From the NCBI RefSeq assembly GCF_036321535.1, contig NC_087436.1:23686001-23750000 (forward strand): DNA of 64,000 bases, given 5' to 3'. The stretch comes from Camelus dromedarius (taxonomy: Eukaryota). A model generated the notes under the pieces. That model saw only the letters and a list, made by a program, of their open reading frames with translations. It searched no databases and was not told the DNA's origin. A program made the translations under genes and the position numbers. Position 1 is the first letter of the stretch. Every line of letters begins with the position of its first letter. This document shows, one piece after another, positions 38,409-52,700 of this stretch.

Positions 38409-38994
38409 GATTACACCAGTCACTCCTCAGGACTGAGAACCAGTGGAGGATGGGTGAGACACCAAATGCTCAAAGTGAAGGAGGATACCAGGCTTGTTCT
38501 ATGTAGTACTTTTCAAAGTGGTGGAGAGTACTGGGTGAGAAGCACGTTACTAAAGGAAGTCTAAGCAGACCCAGCAGAACTAGAGCTGACAGGCTTGTCC
38601 TCTAAAAGTCTCCTTGAAACAGTGGAGCTGTTCTTTTTCCTTCCCATCTCTCTCCATTCCATAGTTAAGTCTTGCTCTTCCCTTTAATTCTCACTTCCCT
38701 TTCCCAGCCTCAGTCTTAGGAGAACTGAACTATATAACCCAGGTGTGTATCTGGCCATTTCTAGAGTAGTTTGTTTTCAGAGTATTTGTTTTTCAAAGTA
38801 TTTTTCATCGGGAGGGAAAAATCCTTCCATACTCTTTGTCAACATATTTTATCCTGGAAGTTGTCAAACATGCAGCGGCCGAGGAGGTATGATGATCTCG
38901 GGCACTGTCACTCAGAGCCTGCGGTTGTCAAGGCTTGCCACCCTTGCTTCATCTAGCCTCCTCTTTTTTTTTTTTTTTTTGTCAGAGTAAAAAG

Positions 38995-39260
38995 CTCAAC
39001 CATCATGTTGTTGCACCCTTATTTACTGCAGGATGCGTCTCTAAAACCTATGGCGATTTCTCATATAATCACACTGCTGTTATCTGACCTAACAAAATTA
39101 GCAGTAACTCCTTCCTATCATCTGACACCCAGTTCATAATGGGATTTTCTTAATGGTCTCAAAAAAGGCTTTTCCTAGTTGGTTTTTTCCATCAGGATGG
39201 AGACAGAGTCCACACAGTACACTGGTTGTTCTGTCTCTTAAATCTTTTTAATCTCAGTCT
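38995..39260 (-). mobile_element. L1MC5-like 3' fragment
   Basis: catataatcacactgctgttatctgacctaacaaaattagcagtaactccttcctatcatctgacacccagttcata ... tgtctcttaaatctttttaatct. Confidence 0.7.
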
Positions 39261-39714
39261 TTGCTTCCTCTCCTCCTCACCATCCTCCCCCTCGCCCCTG
39301 ATTAACATGTTGAAAACATTCTTTTAACGTCTTGGGAAAATATTCATGGAGTACTCCCAGGAAGGACTTGGAATAACAAGGTTGAGGACAGTTAACTTAG
39401 CCCATTTCCATTTCTGTGAGAATTTTTCCAAAGTATTTCAGATGGTTCTCTCACTTTTATTATTAAGCATTTGGGAAGATTTCCCAGCCTCCTTAGGTAA
39501 GCCAGTCTCGGATTACTGAAAAGACAGAATGTGTTTTCTTATCGCCAACCAGTAACCTTTATAATATCGGTCAGGCCTTTCCCCCTTCATCTGACTTCAG
39601 TAGAACCAAGAGGTCTTTAGTTATATCATGGAGTTCATGTAACTCCACATTGTGTCCTGCAATGATTTATATATTTTTATGGTGATGGTTCTGTTGTTTT
39701 ACAAATGAAAGCAA

Positions 39715-39950
39715 GATGTGGTACATGGTGGTTAAGAACACAGATGGCTGGATTCAAATCTCAACTCTGTCACTTCCTAGCGATGTGTGCCTTGGAAAGT
39801 CACTTATCCTCTCTGCACCTCGGTTTCCACATCTGTAAAATTGCGGTCACAGTAGTACCTATCTTGTTGGGTTGTTGTTAAGATTAACGCACATGTTGCC
39901 TAGAGTAAAGTCTGTCATATACCAGGCCACTTACATAAGTGTTAGTTTTA
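39715..39950 (+). mobile_element. MIR SINE
   Basis: tggtggttaagaacacaga ... ccttggaaagtcacttatcctctctgcacctcggtttccacatctgtaaaat. Confidence 0.85.
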
Positions 39951-40028
39951 TAGTGTTTATATGTCCTTGTTATAAAAACAAGAAAATCAACCTCAGCTTG
40001 TAGACAGATAACCCTTAGTTTTCCTTAG

Positions 40029-40068
40029 ACTGTTTGAAAGGAGAAAAATCTGTAAATAGAAGGAAAAG
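40029..40068 (+). other. Candidate short exon (40 nt)
   Basis: ttttccttag acceptor ending 40028; purine-rich body; AAG|GTGAGT donor at 40069. Confidence 0.3.
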
Positions 40069-40759
40069 GTGAGTAATTTGTGGAACTGTATAAAAGTTGC
40101 ATTTTCTCAGTATTAGGAGGAATTCTCTAGATCGTCATCACTTTTCCCCAGAAAAGTTGAAATATCAGAGTTAACAGCATTTCGAGTGAAATCAGCTGAG
40201 AACAAAGCCTAAGAGCATATGCCGAAAGAATCAGTTGTAATACGAGTTCGCATCATTTCTCTGTTTTGGATGAATAATGTTTATTAAACTTGCATATTTA
40301 AATGAAAAAGCACAAGAAACTATTTTAAAAGCCACGTCTGAATGCCAGCAAATGTTTCAAAGAACAAATATAAGCTTGTTATAACAATTTTCTACAAATT
40401 CCCTCCCTCCCCTTACCCGCCAAAGCAGCCTTTACAATCTTAGTGCTCACTAGGCCTGGGCGTAAAAGGCCGAATGTGAAGGGTGTAAAAGAGCCCATTG
40501 TCTAGGCTGCTCCTGGGTGATGTGAGGGCTTCGGAACCCCAGCAGGAGGGGTTCGCCGGTCTGAAGTGCCTGCCCAGAGCCTGGCTTCCATGCTGCTGGC
40601 CACAGCCACTTAAGCAGACGAGTTGGAAATTCTTAGAACCTTGTGGCTGGACAGACTCCCGGTGGCAGGGGTGGGTGGTTAAGGGACTTGGGTCTCACAG
40701 GAAGGAGGGATGGGAACTCAGTTTGCTGTCCTCCTGGTCCAGAGTTCTCACCTTCATTC

Positions 40760-40830
40760 CGCACAGAGATGTTAATAGGGGTTAAGAAAAAAAGATTTGA
40801 TGGCCAAAAGGCTTGGGAAACACTGGGTTA
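40760..40830. mobile_element. MER103C-like hAT fragment
   Basis: gagatgttaataggg ... aaaaaaagatttgatggccaaaaggcttgggaaacactgggtta. Confidence 0.55.
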
Positions 40831-41844
40831 CATGTGTCAAGCAAGTGTCTTTCCTGAAAAACTTCTCTGAGCCCTCGATATCTTAAAAGGGGGGTTGTTG
40901 TGCAGCTTTTCTCAGACTTACTTGAACATAAAACCCCCTTTTTAAAATTGAATATGCTTTGGGTAAAAACTCCCTTGTGCAGCCCTTTACTTAAATAGAG
41001 TACACGACACAGGACCAGAGGGAGAAAGTAATAGCATAGGTCGGAATATTTATAATAGTCATCCTGACCTGTGTTTGAACTAGGGTTATCCATTCTCCTA
41101 TTGAGCTAGTAGTGGCAGATGCAGACAGGGAGGGAAAGGTAAAAATTGATTAAACTGCTTATTTAGTGGGTAGAGCCAAAAGAGATGGGCATATTTTATT
41201 GTCTGTTCTCAATTCCTTGAATCGTATAAGGAAGAGATGAATTTCTCTCTGACTACGCCTCTTGTCCCATGCCTTCCTCCCTGGCCTACACGATTTGTGC
41301 TATTTCTAGAACCAAGTTAATCCGTTGTTCTTTGCTAGGCATCTTATTGATCTTCTATGTTATTAATATTCACTTTTGGCTGCCAGATTAGCTCTGACAA
41401 ACCATTTATGTTTATGTTTAGCACACTTAGAAAGCCGGGATGTATTATCCAGATTGCATGCTAAATTGTATCCACAAAGAATTTGAAGTGTCTCCTTTCC
41501 CCTCATCTTCCCGTTTCCCCCACTTTAACTTTATCCTAAATGGAAATAAAGGAAATCTCCAGCTTATGAGCAGACTATCCCAGTAGTTTTGTTTTGTTTT
41601 GTTTTTTTTGGAAAACCCAGAACTTATGTTCCCATAAAAACAATGTCCCTGGGCTAGCCCACTAAAAAATAATTTTATCCATGGTGATTTAAAAATGCAC
41701 ATTTACATCAAGAAGGAAGCACTTTTTATATCTAACATCATAAAATGTTTGGAGTACCTGTCAAATAGGTACTCCTCGCTCCTGCTCAGATTCACTTGCT
41801 GGAATTAGGAACTTCCTTTGGGTTTCTCTGGGGCTGTGGAGACC

Positions 41845-42047
41845 TGTAGCGTAGAGTTAGACCAAGAACTCTGGAGCCAGACTGCTGAGGTCAGTACTCC
41901 ATCTCTGCCACCTACTCTGAGCCTCTGGTAGGCAATTAACCTTTTCAGTGACCCAGTTTCCATATCTCTAAAATGGGGACAATAATAGTAACTATCTTAT
42001 AGGGTTCCAGCACATAAAGAAGTGCTAAATAAGTGTCTGCTATTATT
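41845..42047 (+). mobile_element. MIR SINE
   Basis: actctggagccagactgc ... ctctgccacctact ... cagtttccatatctctaaaatggggacaataatagtaactatcttatagggtt. Confidence 0.85.
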
Positions 42048-42344
42048 ATGATGGTGGTGCTGATGGTGGAGGTGGATCTGATAGGAGCCTTGAGGACAGG
42101 GCTCAAGTCAAATCAAATTAGGCAGAAGTACTGGGGTCAGTGGTACCAGGAAGCAGGTGCAGGGGGTGATTTTAGGAAAGTTAAATGGGTCAAACAAGGG
42201 AAAGAAGAAAGAAAGACTCTCAATATACTTGTGATCTGGAATACCACTAGGAAAAGAGGCATCAGAGAGGGAAGGGAAATTCTTGGCTCATTTATTTTTA
42301 ATAAGAAAAAAAATGAAGTAAGGAATGTAGGTAGATGGTTTTGC

Positions 42345-42730
42345 CATTTTTCAGCTCTGAGACCAAGTCTAATTCCTTAGTTACTTTGAACTTGACTTTT
42401 CTTACTTTATAAACTGAGAATAATACTATTAACCTTGCCAGACTGTGTAAAGTTTAGAATAATGTATCTCAAATGCCTGGTGCATAGAAGACCCTCATTA
42501 AATGGAGGCAGTTGTTCTTGTGTAAGGTTATGTTGCTGAAGTCCTTTCAGAAAAATCACTTTTTTTTCATCTTAAGTTTATCTCTTTTCTATAAGTAATC
42601 CATGCTCATTTTTAAAAAATAGAAAATTAAAAACAGTTAAGTACTTTGTCCAAGATCACACAGCTCCAAAATGGTTAAATTGGGATTTGAAGCTTGTAAG
42701 TGAACTCCAAAGCCCATGTTCTTAAACAAC
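42345..42730. mobile_element. Two MIR fragments in opposite orientation (+ ~42345-42520; - ~42625-42730)
   Basis: gaataatacta ... atgcctggtgcatagaagaccctcattaaatgg, then gttaagtactttgtccaagatcacacagct ... gggatttgaa ... actccaaagccc. Confidence 0.65.
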
Positions 42731-44401
42731 ACGCAGATTTGTAAATCCCAGTAGAAATAGTAACATTGCTTCATTTCTTAAGGTTCTACACACAAAAAAG
42801 TCTTCTATTCTCCACACTTTGTCTGTTTTCCTTTCTTTGTAACTGCTTGGGTGCTTTAAAAATGGAAAGGTGACCTACATCTTTACTTTCTTGCATCAAA
42901 TCTTGTCCAGGAAACACGTATCTGGCTTCATCTTGTTTCATTGGTGGTTCCCTGCAGCTGTTTGAGGGTAAAATTTTGCCTCGTGACCTGACCCAAACCT
43001 AAACTTCAGTAAGTTTATGAGTGAGCCGATTTTTACAGAAAAGCTGACTCTAGTGAAAGGTTTCTCCCCTCAAGTCAGTTTTGTATTTGTATTCGATTTT
43101 CTGCATGATGTTTGGCCCTCCTCTTTGCACGTTTTGCGATTTCACTGTCCAACAAGCAGTATCTGTTAGGAGTTTTAATGAAACCCTTCACCCGTCCTCA
43201 TGCTCAAGGAACTATTGTCAGCTTGCTGCATCCCCTCAGAGACAGGCTCCCACCCACTCTGACATAGCTGTTCCACACCAGAAACCAAACATGCAAACCC
43301 TAAGCAAAGAAAGTCCAATGCCAAAGGCTTATTTCTTTTCTCTTTATTCTGTAAACTATTATACACTGTTTACTCAGTAGCAAACTGTTTGAAACTATTA
43401 TAAACAAACCCAGAAATCTGTGCTAAATTATCGCCCCTATATTAGTAAAAACCTGGTGGCCAAATGCACAGGCAAAAATCAGCCACGAACAAGATTTCAT
43501 GGTGCCATTAGTTTATGTGTTTCTGAAAACGATATTTTTAACATAGCTACTGTTTTCTTCTATCCTTTCAATTGTTTCCAAGTCTCCTCTCTGCCCCCAC
43601 TTACAAAAAGACAAGGCTCCTGTTTGCATTAGGGCATTTACATAGGCACGTCTTTCCTGGAGAAATATGGCAGCAGCTGAAATAGCACAGGCCTTGTTAA
43701 TACTTAACACTGAATAAACAGGGCAGGTAATGACCATTGTTAATACTTCCAAATGCAGTGCAGCAACACTGTTGACAAAGGTCAGGAGGGAGAAAAATCA
43801 CGCTGCTGTTTGCAGTGGGAAGAACCTTCTGAAATGAGACGTGGGAAAACGAGGGGCAGGCATCCATCCTGTGTCTTAAGGCCTTTGTCCCTGGGAGTAC
43901 TGCCGAGCTCTCTCAGAACTGCTGTTTAAAGATCTGCAGTCTCAGTACTGGGAAAGATGGAGACTTAGTGGCAGACTCTTAGTACCAGAAAATCCTCACT
44001 TGAAAGTACCCAGGCCTTTAATATTTCTCCAGGAAAAAGAAGCAGTCAGATTAACCTACATAAATAATACATTGCAGGCAGCCTTTTATGCCAACTTCGC
44101 TGGGGACACTCCTGGCTGCCCGTTGCACACTGAACTTATGTGAGGTATCTTTTCCAGGACCTTGAAGTATTTGCCATAAAGGACTATTTCCAAGAGTAGC
44201 TCACAGGAGACACCTGTTAGATTCGGTGGTGTTTTCTGCAAAGATGCTTAAGCTTCTAGATTGTGCGGCAGTGGAACGATCGAGCTCTAGGATGGATCTG
44301 AGGCATCTCCAGGGAACTTGCTCATCTTTGTATGAGAGAACCAGTCATCTGGGTGACTAAAGAGTTGCCCATCTTCCTGTGCTAAAGGTTTAAGAATCTA
44401 T

Positions 44402-44800
44402 TTGTTCATTCATTCATTCTCATTCTTTCATCACTCTTAGATATTCCCTGAGCATCTGCTGTGGATCAGACCTTTTTCTCAATGCCGGCCATTAAATAGT
44501 GAACAAAACATCATTCTCGCCTCAAAGAGCTTTAGGCCCACTGGGGCAGACAGACAAGTAAAGGACTAATTACAGTAGGGTGAAACAATTACAGGACACA
44601 TGAGGTATGCTTCACCCAGCCTTCGAGGGACCTGGGAAGATTTCACACAAAAGTGTCTTTGAAGTGCAGAGATTTAGTAGGAGACAGTTAGTGGAAATGT
44701 TGGGTGGGGAAGTTTTCAAGACTGAGAAAACACACCAAATCACTAGAAAAGAACATAGCTAGTTAGGGAAATTGAAAGGAGTTCAGCATGGTTGAAGGGT
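44402..44800 (-). mobile_element. L2 3' end
   Basis: ttcattcattcattc ... ctgagcatctgctgtg ... gtgaacaaaaca ... gcctcaaagagctt ... ggggcagacagacaagtaa. Confidence 0.75.
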
Positions 44801-45949
44801 AGAAGTCAAGGGTAAATTAAAGATTATCAAACAGAAACCAACTGGAACCCAAATTGGTCAAGAAGCTGAGGTTTAAACAACAATTTGGAAGACAAAAAAA
44901 CCCAACATTTTCCAATTACTAATTTTTCACATGTTACCAACTTGATTGAAGAGGTTAAGATTTCATCTCTCTTTAAGTAATTTTTCATTTTTTAGTTTTT
45001 GGTCTTTTAAAATGTTTTGTTTATTGTCAGTTATTACTGCTGTGCATTAATTATAATCATGAAAAGTTGAGAAAACAGATAGATGCCCAACATTAGGGGA
45101 TTAGTTACATAAATTGATAGTAAGCAAATAAATGCTATTTACAATACAGAGAAAAATTATAAAAAAACATTAGGCTTTGAGGAATCATTCATTTTTCAAC
45201 CTGTTTTTTTAAATTCATTAAAACATGAGTAGCAGAGACCGTTTCTAGTTTATCTTCCTGCCTCCCTCAGTATCAGGCAGCACCTGAAAACAGACTATCA
45301 AAAACGCTTGTGGATATGGTAACGAATGAATGGGGAAGAGTAAGTGTGGCCACAAGAGATGTTGGATTTTCCCTTTAACAAAAATATTAACTGCAGAAAA
45401 GGAATTGCATGAAATCAGACAAGACTATTTTGATTAATGTAATGGTTGAAGTTAGTAATTCAGGGCCAGATAATTGTCCTTTGCTTTTTTCTATTCCTTT
45501 TCATTTGATGAAATTAGTATATTAAGAAAAACAGGATTGTTTAACTTATTTAGAACATTCACTCTATTACTACTACAAAAATATTAGCGTGTACTTTTGT
45601 TTGTCTTATGTATCATATTCCACAACTAGATATGTGTGTCTTTGTTTTCATCATTCACACATTTATTTCCCACTTTAATACTGTTGTGTAAAGGGTTCTG
45701 ATTTTTTTATACTGTCTCATACATTTGTTTGGTTTTTGTTCAGTACATGTATCAGCAGAAGCTGCGACATGGGGGAAAGGGACACCTAGAAGTTTTAAAT
45801 TAGAATCAAGGTTAGTTCTCAAATTAAAATTATAGGTTACTTAAACTTGGGGTATCTATACCAGCACTTGTCTATAGACAGCCGCTTAGATTTAGTAGAA
45901 AGTTAGCTGACTCTAACTAGCACCGATCTTCATTTCCCTTTTGATTTTT

Positions 45950-48045
45950 CAAATTAAACTTCTAATTTTAAAATGATTATAGATTCACATGAGTTGTAAG
46001 ACATGATACAGAGAGATCCCATGCATCCTTAGCCCTGTATTATGTAATATCACAACCAAGGTATTGACAGTGATACAGCCAAGACAGGGAACACTTCCAT
46101 CAGCTCCAGAATCCCTCGCGTTGTCTTTTGATAGCTACACCGACTCCCTTCCACTTTTTAAACCCTGGCAACAACTAGTGTGTCTGTTTCCCCATTTCTA
46201 TAATATTGTCATTTCAAGAGTGTTCTGTAAAATGGACTCACGCACTTGTAACCATTTAGGATTGACTTTTTTTCTACTCAGCATAAATCTTCGGAGATTT
46301 GTCCAAGTTGTTGCATGTATCAATAGCTCAGTCTTTTTTATTGCTGAGCTGTATTCCGTGGTATGGATATCCACAGATTTTTAAACTACTCACCTGTTGA
46401 AGGACATCTGAGTTATAGCCAGATTATGAATAAAGCTACTATGAACACTCATGTGTAGGTTCTTCTGTGGTTGTAATTTTCACTTCTTTAGGATGAATGC
46501 CCAGGATTACAGTTGCTTGACTGTATGATAGTTGCATGTTTAGTTCTTCCTCTTTAAGAAACTGCTGAACTGTTTTCCGTGGCAGCTGTCTTACTTCACT
46601 GTCCACCAACCATGTGTGAATGATCCAGTTTCCTTGTATCTTTGCTAGCGGTGTTTTGAGAATTCTTACTGCTTTGTTTTGAGAATTCTTCATATATTCT
46701 AGATACAAGCCCTTTGTCAGGTGGTTTGCAGTTATTTTCTCCCAGTCTGTAATTTGTCTTTTCATCCTCTCTTTTAAGAGTCTTTCACAGAACAAAAGCA
46801 TTTAGTTTGGTGAAGTCCAATTTATCAATTTTTCCTTTACTCATTCTGCTTTTGGCTTAAAGTTTAAGAACTCTTCACCTAGATTTTTATTTTAAGATTT
46901 TTTTTCATTCTCTATGCTTTTTCTAAGATTTCTGTAGTTTGACATTTTGCATGTAAGTCTGTGACCCATTTTGGGTTAATTTTTGTATAGGGTGTGAGGT
47001 TTAGGTCAAAATACTTCTTTTCCTGACCTATGAATGTTTAGTTGCTCCAGCCAATTTGTTGAAAAAGTTATCCTTCCTCCATGAAGTTGCTTTTGAACCT
47101 TTGTAAAAATCATTTGAACTTATGTTGTGCAGATCTATTTTGGGGTCCTCTGTTCTGTTCTACTGACCTCTCTACTAGTCTGTCTCTCTACCTGTCTGTC
47201 TATTAGTGCTACTGTCTACCAGTCCTATATCTGCTACTGTCCTACTATCTGGTAGTCTAGCTTTCTACTAGTACTGCAGTCTTGATTACTTTTAAGTCTT
47301 GGGATTAGTTAGGCTGATTCCTTCCACTTTATTCTTCTTTTTCAAAGTTATTTTAGCTATTTTAGTTTCCTTGCATTTTAATGTAAATTTTAGAATATTC
47401 TGGTCTTTCTCTACCAAAAAAAATCTTTCTGAGATTTTGATAGAAATTGTATTTAACTTTTATATATCAATCTGAGGAAATCCAACGTTTTTACTATGTT
47501 GAATGTTCCAGTCCATGAATTCAGCATGCTTCCTCATTTATTTAGAACTTGATTTCATTCATCAGTGTTTTTAGTTTTCAGCATATAAGTGCTTATATGT
47601 TTTGTTAAATTTACATCTTTTTCATTTTTAGTGATCATAAATGGCATTATAGTTTTAATTTTGGTTCCCACATTTATTGCTATTATGTAGAAATATAATT
47701 ATATATTTGTATGTTAATTTTGTGTTTTGCTACCTTGCTGGTCTCGCAAGTTCTAGAAACTTTTTATTTTTTTTTGTGGATTCCTTACTATTTTCTAAAT
47801 AGGTAATCATGTTATCTGCAAATAGAAATAGATCCTTTCTCAACGGTATAACTTTTATTTTCTTTTTCTGCCTTGTTGTTCTGGCCAGCATTTTCAATAC
47901 TTTGTTGAATAACAGTGGTAAGAGCAAACATTCTTGCCTTGTTCTTGAGTTTAGGGAGAAAGCATTCAGTCTTCCAATATTAAGTATATGATATTTTTAG
48001 GTGTTCTTTATCAGCTTGAAGAAATTTTTCTCTATTCCTAAAAGT
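45950..48045 (-). mobile_element. L1MC-like element: 3' UTR plus decayed ORF2 (RT to C-terminal region)
   Basis: 3' end tagattcacatgagttgtaagacatgatacagagagatccc; ORF-track peptides [12 protein letters not shown]...[12 protein letters not shown] (47730-47927) and RMKRQITDWEKI (46439-46801) are L1 ORF2. Confidence 0.9.
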
Positions 48046-48699
48046 TAAGAATTTGAAAGGGTAAAGAGATTTGAATATTATAAATTTTATAGGTTATTAT
48101 TATTTAGCTTAAGAGATTATTAGAGTTTATGTTCTTGCTGGTTAGATATGTCTTCAGGACTTATGCAAAACAGGGCAACCCAGAGAGGTAGATGTCCTCT
48201 TTATTGCCATTTCATAAGAGATTTAAAATTTCATTTCTTTTTTTGCTTTTGGTATTTGATTCTTTTGTCTTTCTGGTTTTTTTTTTTAACACATCAATAG
48301 ACAATATCTTAGCATCATAATTGACTAATGGAAGACTTTTAATTCACACTTTAAAATAATATATATTTATAATGAGTATATAAAAATATTTCAGAAATCT
48401 ATCCTAAAATTAGTTTCAGTTGGGATTCCAATACACCTTTATTTGATTTATACTTGCTTCCTTTTAACTCAGAATTTTGTTTTAGAATGTGCAGCTTTGC
48501 TTTCTCCTATAAAATTAAATACTGCCAGACCTACTCATGAAGATGTCTGTTTTCTTCAGGCAGGCTATGAACATAGAACAAATGTATCTTCTGTTATGAA
48601 AAACAGCAACAACAAAAAATTCATATATATCATATTCCATTGTAACCCACGGTATCACTCAACAATAAAAATTTTTTTCCTTACACATTCTTCTGTATC

Positions 48700-48797
48700 A
48701 TCATCTAGACTCTTCAGTACCATGAAGGCAGGCGTCATTTCTTTCTAATGTATCTCATACAAATGAAACATTCAATATATATTTGTTGAATGACTGA
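48700..48797 (+). mobile_element. L2 3' tail fragment
   Basis: ccatgaaggcagg ... ttcaatatatatttgttgaatgactga. Confidence 0.55.
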
Positions 48798-49554
48798 GTA
48801 ATCTGATGGCTGTGTAGTATTACATTATTTAGATATACCATCTTTTATTAAGCAGTTCCTTTATGTTGAACACTATGTAGGCTGTTCCCAGTTTTTGCAA
48901 CAATAGACATGTAACTAAATCTTTGTACTTCCTCCTGCTTTGATGAGTCACCTCATTTCAAATTAAGTTACATCTGCATTAGACTTTCAGACATCCTTAT
49001 TTTTTAAATCCTTTATGGTGTCTTGTCACTTTAATGACTCTACTGTCTGGTTGTCTGATTGGATACTTATGTCAAGTTGTTTAACAAATGAGCATATGGC
49101 ATTATCTTACTGTTTACTGTGGTGTTGGAAAGTCAGAACAGTGTTGGATGGTGAGCTCTTCAGAAGAATTGAGAAGGAGGTGGACCAGGAAAGATTTGAA
49201 AGCTGTAACTAAAATGTATAAGACTAGTTTAGCAGAAGATCATGAAACGGTGGTTCCAAATTGTATAGCTTCAGCAGTGCTGCTCCTGCAGAGATTGGCT
49301 TTGCCCATGCAACTGAAGGAAGCCTCCTCACATCCTGAAGTGTTTTCAGAACAGTGGAAGATGTGGTGGAATATATGCAGCATTTGTATCAGAAGAAGCA
49401 CAGAGTCCCAGCACCATTGTTAACGAACATTTATTGACTCTCTCTGGTGGTCAAGAAAGGGTCTTTTTTGGAGTCTGTGGAGAGGCACATGGATACCAAC
49501 AATATGATGCCTGCCCTCAAATAACTTACACCAGGGCTGGGGAGTTAGACTGAA

Positions 49555-49770
49555 GTTCTGTGGCATTGTGGGAAGAGCTCAGTCTCCAGAATTAGATACA
49601 TCTGGGTTTAAACCATGCGCCTTCCTGGATAGATGGCTTTAATCAGGTTATCGAACTTCAGTAAATCCCAGTTTAGTCATGTGTAAAATGGAAATAAAGA
49701 TACTATTATTTTGAAAAATAAATTGAAAAAATGCATTTAAGACTCCTAGGACAGGGGTTGGCATGAGGTG
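49555..49770 (+). mobile_element. MIR SINE flanked by minus-strand L2 remnants (~49420-50050)
   Basis: catctgggtttaaacc ... cccagtttagtcatgtgtaaaatggaaataaagatacta; flank aacatttattga ... cctgccctcaaataacttaca. Confidence 0.65.
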
Positions 49771-52700
49771 GGTGGAAATTTTTTCTTAAAAAAAAGAAAA
49801 ATGGCACAAAAGACAGTATGGTATTGTGTCAGAGATAATACAAAATTTCAGAGGACAAAGAGCTGGCTGATGGCTAATGAGATTAAGAAAGATGCCCCAG
49901 AAAAAAAGTAGAGTCTTAAAGGACTGTTGGAAACTATGGATGGCTGAGGAAAAAAAAGTACGGGAGGTAGTTCTACAGGAATGAATAACATGAGCCCAGG
50001 AAAGACGAAGAATGGCAAGGTGTGTGCATGGGCTTGTAGGTAGACCAGATGGTAAGGGTGGACTGAGATATGTGGGTGCCCCCTGGCAAGCTAAGCATCT
50101 GGCTTCTTGAATATTTGTTCAAAATATTCTAGTGGGAGAGTAAGGGAAAATGATTTTCTATTAAGAGGATCAGTATACCTTTCTTTCTGTCTCTATGTTC
50201 AGAATAAGATGTCTATTGCGTCCTCTGAATGGAACATGACATTTTAACTTATTTGGACTTGCCCTTCATTGTACAGTTTTCTTTAATCACTCAAAATCAG
50301 ATACAGTTAGTGGTACTCACCATGGACAGAGGTGATCTACATGGATACAGTCATGTGGTCTCTTTGCTCAGGGCATTGTTTGCTTTGAGGGGAGTGGGTC
50401 TGGTTTACATTTCACTGGTGAGTGAGGCGTTTGAGGGTAGAAACCTGAATTGACTGGCACTGTATTTCTGATTTATTAGTGGTGTTTCAGTGCCCCCTAT
50501 GGGATGATGCCAGGGCAGCTGTCTCATTGGGTGTCTACGTAATTGGACAATGAGGATGAGGGGCAGGAGTAGAACCTAGAGTTCCAAAGGTAGGGTATAG
50601 CCACATCCTGGGAAAACTTGACTTACTGGTTTAAAAGGTATGGACTTTATTTGTAAGCAAAGAGGTCTTTTGGAAGGCTGTTAAACAAGTGCCCAGGTGG
50701 ATTTTAAGAACATTTTTTTGGTAGTGAAGGGCATGAGTGGATGAAGGCGGAAGCTCATTTGGTGGTACCTTCAGAAATGTGAGTATAATGTCGTAAGTTC
50801 TTCCTTTGGATGGGGGTACAGCAGCTGGAAGGAAATGGAGAGCTGCAGGCAACATGAAACAGCTGATGGGCTTGGAAGGCTGGTGATGTAGAGGAGGCTG
50901 GAAAGTGGGAGTGAGCCAGGACAATGGAGATCTTAAGTCGCGCTGACCTTCCAAGTACGTCTGTCACCACAGCCTATAAACACTCACAATTTATGTTTTC
51001 TGGCAAATACAATATAATAGATTGTCATACATCATGGGAACTAAAGCTTAGATTTTAGAAGCAAAGCTCATTTTTAAATCTCAACAGCATTCCTTTTATC
51101 TCCTTTTCCCCATTGAATTAACTCCAGAGTAAGATTTTTTTGGTTGCCTAACTTGCAAGAATTCTATTTTTCAACACTTTCCATTTAAAGTCCCCTTTCT
51201 TATGAGGTGTTAAATAATAGGTAAGTGCCTAAAACATCTATAGACTTTTTTTTTTGAGGTTTATATTACTTGTCTAATGTATGTGAAATTAATTTAGACT
51301 TACAAACTCAGCAGTTTTGATAATTTAGGCAAGGAGAAATTTTCATTATAATTCTCCATGAAAAAAATTTTCCTTCCTTTTCCCTTTTTCTCAGAGGTGG
51401 AATGTTTAAGATCGGTTGAATAAGAGAATAAATTATAAATAAATTATAGCTCTTTGGAAAACTGATTAATATGCTAATGAAAGCATTTCTTCCCCACGTG
51501 TACAAAAACTTTCCAAGCTACAGATGGGCAGAGAGGTTAGATACATATAGCCAAACATTAAGCACTAATGAAAATCATTAGTCCCCCTAGTATTTACTCA
51601 TGAGCCAAAAAAGGGGAGAGGGGAAACTCTTTGGAGAATAACTAATGAGTATCCTTTCTCTACTTTGTCAAGTCATCAAAGTAAAGTGTTTAGGGCCTAA
51701 ATGTCTCTTATATTTTGTTTAATGGGATCATTATTTCATTTGTTTCCCTTCTTTCAAATTAGAAATAGCTTGATATTTTTTTATCAAGTGTATTCCCCTT
51801 TCAAAATATTTTGACACTTATTTGCTTCCACTGATTGTAACGTGAGTAGATCTTACGAAACTGTTGCTGATATGTGAATATACTCAACAAAACGCATTGC
51901 AGCAGGTACCTTATGGACTTATGCTTGGCAACACTTAACATTTTATTGGTTTCATTCTAGTTAGTCATGTACTTGAAAACAAATAGCATTTCCTTAAATA
52001 AAAAATTCTTAGTTCTAATTTTTAAATGGTTCAGACTGATCTTCCCCCTACAAAGAGAATGAATTAAAGAGCAAATATGACTATACTAGCAAGTAAGTGT
52101 ATATTTACATATTCACTTTGAATGAATGCTAACATTTAAAAAACATTTCTACCTTATGGCACAAACATAGATATGTGTGTATATATATAGGTGTACTTAT
52201 CAGTGGTACAAATTTCCGATCACCCCAATCAAAACATCTGATTTAAATTTGTTCCCCCTGCTGAATGCCAGATAAGCTATTTGGAATCAAGGGATATGAG
52301 CCTCTTTTAGAGAGGTCTAGAACTAACTTCTAAACAAGGCCCTCGTATCTAAAGCTAACATGCATGATTTTTTAAAGGTAGAGCGTGGTGGAGAATGAAG
52401 AATGAAATTCCTCTGATGTTCCCTCCCTCTACTGAGCATATTCAGTGTTGCTTCCATGCATAGGACGGTAAAGTTCCCTTTTGCACTGGGAAACAAAATT
52501 TTTAGAATGTGGAAGAACCCAGTAAAATCAGTGCCTCTTTCCCCACTGTCTTCATTGCAAACAGTATCTCTGAATAACCAAAAGTTCATTCATTTTCTAT
52601 AGTATTCAGGCATTTGCTCAACACATGGTAAACCCAACCTCAGGATGTTTAAGTAGTGGTATTATGCTAAGATCGATTCTGCCTCAAATAAATTTAGCTT

